A stretch of 63,194 nucleotides of DNA, counting the filler, from Lenisia limosa (Eukaryota; Protista; Breviatea), in assembly GCA_001655205.1 (NCBI GenBank). It is 14 parts of 14 records of this genome, joined end to end, with 100 filler letters (N's around TTAATTAATTAA, not from the genome) between each part and the next. Parts side by side here need not be neighbours in the genome. Positions count along the whole stretch, not along the records: positions 61,643 to 63,194 come from LPNZ01006091.1; 13 more parts are not named here. The stretch is one strand, 5' to 3'. Both the position numbers and the translations under genes were made by a program. This document shows, piece by piece, positions 61,912-63,194 of the stretch; the first letter of the stretch is position 1, and every line of letters starts with the position of its first letter. Under the pieces are notes generated by a model, which had not been told where the DNA came from, made no database searches, and saw only the letters and a program-made list of their open reading frames with translations.

Positions 61912-62889
61912 GGCATGCCAGTGGTCAATCAGTTCATAAGCGTCCTCGCTGCCGATTTCCCACTGGAAGGATTTCTGGGGGGGGGGGGTGAAATGGAGGA
62001 ATATCTATGGAGAAGAGCGAACTATATCATTGAAAACTCCAAACAAATAGAAGCACAATAAGCAAACAGAGGGGAAGCAATTATAGATTGATTAAGCATC
62101 TTTTTCGGAATCAAAAATATCACATACACTTACAAATACAAAATAATATTCCATTAGGGCTTCACTTCGGTTTGAAAAAGACTGAATTTCTCGATAAATC
62201 CTCGAAACCTATCGATATTTTCCTGGGTTTTTTCGAACCGAAGTAAAGCCCTCATACAGCCCCCCCCCACTTGGTCCAAGAACTGTTCCCTCATTGTGGT
62301 GACCTTTGCTTCAAACGCGTCTCTAGCGACCTGAGGGGTGAGGCGTGGAGGGGGGAGTAAAATTGGAAATTTATGAAACAAAATAAAGCCCAAAACCACT
62401 CTATTGGCAACACACGAGGATTGATAACAACAAAACAAATAAAGCCCGGGCCAGGAGCTTCTGTAGCTCCGCATCCCAGACATGGAATAGTTGAGTAAGA
62501 AAAGCACCTCCCCCCCCCCCCNNNNNNNNNNNNNNNNNNNNNNNNNNNNNNNNNNNNNNNNNNNNNNATAATAAATAAAAATAATAATAAAAAAAATAAT
62601 ATCAAAAAAGGTTCATAAAATAATAAAAAAAAAAGGGGGGGGGGTATTCAAATCCCTCATACCTTGATTTTGACAGCTTCCTCTTGTTGGAGAGGCGAGA
62701 GTTTGTCCTTGACATGGTAGGATAGCTTTTTAGTCGATTGCCATCTGTATACGTTATTAGGGTGTAAAATTGGAAAATTAATGAAACAACAACTCTGCTG
62801 ATTAGCAGCACAAGAGTGACGTTGTTGGGATGAGGGTATGACAGAGTTCTGAACAACTTTTGTCCAAAACAGGACTCTGAGGAACAAAT
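61912..62889 (-). CDS. Probable axonemal dynein heavy-chain fragment (stem region)
   Basis: Spliced DKLSPLQQEEAVKIK|VARDAFEAKVTTMREQFLDQ|KSFQWEIGSEDAYELIDHWHAK resembles the PLQ..E...F...FR..F..F...Y..LD stretch of axonemal heavy chains, as recalled. Confidence 0.55.
62155..62252. mobile_element. MITE family A
   Basis: TAGGGCTTCACTTCGGTT...AACCGAAGTAAAGCCCT. Confidence 0.88.
62331..62480 (-). repeat. Intron 3'-end repeat family I
   Basis: Sense strand gatgcggagctacagaagc..ttgttgttatcaatcctcgtgtgttgccaatagagtggttttgggc..tttccaattttactcccccctccacgcctcacccctcAG. Confidence 0.85.
62760..62825 (-). repeat. Family I repeat, short copy inside an intron
   Basis: Sense strand tcagcagagttgttgtttcattaattttccaattttacacc. 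Confidence 0.6.
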
Positions 62890-62904
62890 GTAATCGTATT
62901 TATA

Positions 62905-62979
62905 CAGTGACTGGAATAAGTCTTGACCGTTTTGCTCGATTTCCCAAGGAAAACAGGTCAAGACTTATCCCTATCAGTG
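62905..62979. mobile_element. MITE family B
   Basis: TA|CAGTGACTGGAATAAGTCTTGACC...GGTCAAGACTTATCCCTATCAGTG|TA. Confidence 0.85.
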
Positions 62980-63194
62980 TATATACATGTATGTACATGT
63001 ATACAAGAGGAGGAGGAGGAGGGGTCAATATACCTGCTAACAGAACTAGCAGTTTAAAAGTTTATAGGAAATACTGAGGACGGCTCACCTCTGAGGTAAC
63101 AAGTCGAGCAATTCATAGGCAGAATCAGGTACAGACACCTTGTAGCTAAAACTGTTAACAAACGTAAAGATATATATATATATATATATATATA

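Noticed and set aside
21901-62252. TA target duplication (Stowaway-like) or telomeric TTAGGG for family A
   Set aside because: Perfect 8-bp duplications lie outside the TA, so TA is part of the TIR. TTAGGG never occurs in tandem.
293-62961. Most ORFs in the supplied track
   Set aside because: They are antisense to real exons, read through N gaps or homopolymers, or lie in introns; the genes here are split into exons of about 30-200 nt.
1-63194. tRNA, rRNA or snRNA genes
   Set aside because: None was recognisable by eye. tRNAscan-SE or an Infernal/Rfam search would be needed to exclude divergent ones.

Overview
Draft eukaryotic DNA: AT-rich, with many short exons and GT-AG introns. It is not one locus. 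Thirteen artificial 100-bp spacers (44 N + TTAATTAATTAA + 44 N) join 14 scaffolds, so adjacency across spacers is meaningless, and most supplied ORFs are antisense or intronic noise. Genes were rebuilt by eye from spliced exons and recognised from remembered family motifs, not from database searches. Recognisable genes are a GRAM+myotubularin phosphatase, an RMT2-like methyltransferase, Pam18/Tim14, RPN9/PSMD13, an MCTP-like C2 membrane protein, CAF1/CNOT7, a bacterial-type deoC, an HPS3-like protein, CZIB/DUF866, VPS35 and a probable axonemal dynein heavy-chain fragment. There are also several fragments of large surface proteins (REJ/PKD-like, Cys-rich, multi-pass TM) and a decayed gene pair. 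The content fits a flagellated protist with a mitochondrion or related organelle and the standard code; the taxon cannot be fixed. Non-coding DNA holds an hAT-type MITE with 8-bp TSDs (about 15 copies), a Tc1-type MITE, a second TAGGGC-ended MITE, two unclassified dispersed repeats and a 3-kb array of ~190-bp units. The most interesting signals concern splicing. (1) One ~100-190-nt repeat lies in sense orientation at or near the 3' splice site of about 10 introns in 4 unrelated genes (introner-like). (2) Many introns start with a G-run and end with TTTAC-C-run-AG. (3) Donor sites follow GT-N-N-G.
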